64,000 nucleotides of DNA from Obrimoposthia wandeli (Eukaryota): the NCBI GenBank assembly GCA_977020255.1, contig CDROCS010000253.1:3782001-3846000 (forward strand), written 5' to 3'. The notes beneath the pieces were generated by a model. It saw nothing but the letters and a program-made list of their open reading frames with translations, was not told the origin of the DNA and did no database searches. Below are positions 62,989 to 64,000 of this stretch, one piece after another (position 1 is the first letter of the stretch; each line of letters begins with the position of its first letter). Made by a program: the position numbers and the translations under genes.

Positions 62989-63957
62989 ATGAAACAATTC
63001 AACGAGTTTTACCAAAAAATTGCCACTAATCGTTTAGGCCATTGGCTAAACACCCTGCCTGCACAATTAAGCCACTGGCACGAAAATAACCTACACGGTG
63101 AATTCAAACATTGGCAGAAAACCCTTGATGCATTGCCCGTAGTGGATAGTAATTCAGCCATTGATATCGTTAATACAGTTAAAGTTGGCGAATTAGGTGA
63201 TTTAGATCAGGGACAATTTAAGCGCCTTGAAAATTTAATGAAAAAATTTAAACCTTGGCGTAAAGGCCCTTACCATATTCATGGTTTACACATTGATACT
63301 GAGTGGCGTAGTGACTTTAAATGGGATCGTTTAGCTGAGCATATTAGTGATTTATCGGGTAAATATGTGTTAGATATAGGCTGTGGCAGCGGTTATCACT
63401 TATGGCGAATGCGCGGTGCAGGGGCAGAATTTGTTGTTGGTATTGATCCAACTCAGCTATTTTTAATGCAGTTCAATGCAATAAAGCACTTTATTGATGA
63501 TAGTCCCGTGTATTTATTACCTTTAGGTGTTGAACAACTCCCTGAGCTAAAAGCATTTGATACAGTATTTGCTATGGGTGTGCTTTATCACCGTAGATCG
63601 CCCATTGATTTTCTTTATCAATTAAAAGCGCAATTAGTTAAAGGCGGTGAATTAGTATTAGAAACACTTATAGTCGATGGTGATGAAAATACAGTGCTAG
63701 TGCCGGGTGAACGTTATGCAAAAATGCGCAATGTTTGGTTTTTACCCAGTGAAAAGGCCATGTGTGCCTGGTTAGAGCGATGTGGTTTTAGTAATGTTCG
63801 CGTAGTAAATACTGATATCACCGCATTAGATGAGCAACGAAAAACCGAGTGGATTGATACTGAGTCACTACAAGATTTTCTTGACCCAAATGATAGTAGT
63901 AAAACCATTGAGGGTTACCCTGCCCCTAAACGCGCCATCTTTATTGCTAATGCTTAA
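62989..63957 (+). CDS. cmoB: tRNA U34 carboxymethyltransferase
   Basis: [54 protein letters not shown]. Confidence 0.96.
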   Translation: MKQFNEFYQKIATNRLGHWLNTLPAQLSHWHENNLHGEFKHWQKTLDALPVVDSNSAIDIVNTVKVGELGDLDQGQFKRLENLMKKFKPWRKGPYHIHGLHIDTEWRSDFKWDRLAEHISDLSGKYVLDIGCGSGYHLWRMRGAGAEFVVGIDPTQLFLMQFNAIKHFIDDSPVYLLPLGVEQLPELKAFDTVFAMGVLYHRRSPIDFLYQLKAQLVKGGELVLETLIVDGDENTVLVPGERYAKMRNVWFLPSEKAMCAWLERCGFSNVRVVNTDITALDEQRKTEWIDTESLQDFLDPNDSSKTIEGYPAPKRAIFIANA

Positions 63958-63970
63958 TAACTAAAACGAA

Positions 63971-64000
63971 TACTCATATCCTTCCAAGGTAAATTGTCGG
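63971..64000. repeat. start of a second copy of the 59067 REP composite (cut by the window edge)
   Basis: TACTCATATCCTTCCAAGGTAAATTGTCGG is identical to 59067-59096. Confidence 0.85.

Noticed and set aside
1-64000. Integron integrase, prophage, defence-system, tRNA or rRNA genes
   Set aside because: No tyrosine-recombinase motif set, phage genes, recognisable defence proteins or structural RNA patterns were seen; this was a by-eye check only.

Overview
Low-GC gammaproteobacterial chromosome, most likely Colwellia or a related Alteromonadales genus (inferred from gene content and repeat style; not checked by database). It has four parts. (1) 1-9 kb: an accessory stretch of small, mostly co-oriented, unrelated ORFs, including an atypical folD, a MYG1 protein, a GDCCVxC protein and a frameshifted nucleotidyltransferase. 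These ORFs are separated by decayed attC-like sites and no integrase is present in the window. (2) 9-24 kb: the oleABCD olefin operon with a trailing thioesterase, a 1362-aa thrombospondin-type-3-repeat surface protein with a GlyGly-CTERM-like tail, its beta-barrel neighbour, ggt, a DTW protein and a rhombosortase. (3) 24-37 kb: galE, an MHYT-PAS kinase with REC-HDOD and degenerate REC-HD-GYP partners, cysD-cysN-SLC13-cysC plus a DHH phosphoesterase, comEA and a CxxS redoxin. (4) 37-64 kb: mostly core genes (mfd, csiV, rsuA, roxA, ubiUVT, kdsB, lpxK, msbA, comEC, ruvCAB, aspS, cmoAB), interrupted by an HUH/Y1 (RAYT-like) transposase next to an rsgA relic. Non-coding DNA is rich in repeats: ERIC-like TATACCC...GGGTATA elements, a recurring two-hairpin motif, and a GTAG-type REP array with a 64-bp period. 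No rRNA, tRNA or CRISPR array was recognised. All assignments come from reading motifs by eye; no searches were run.
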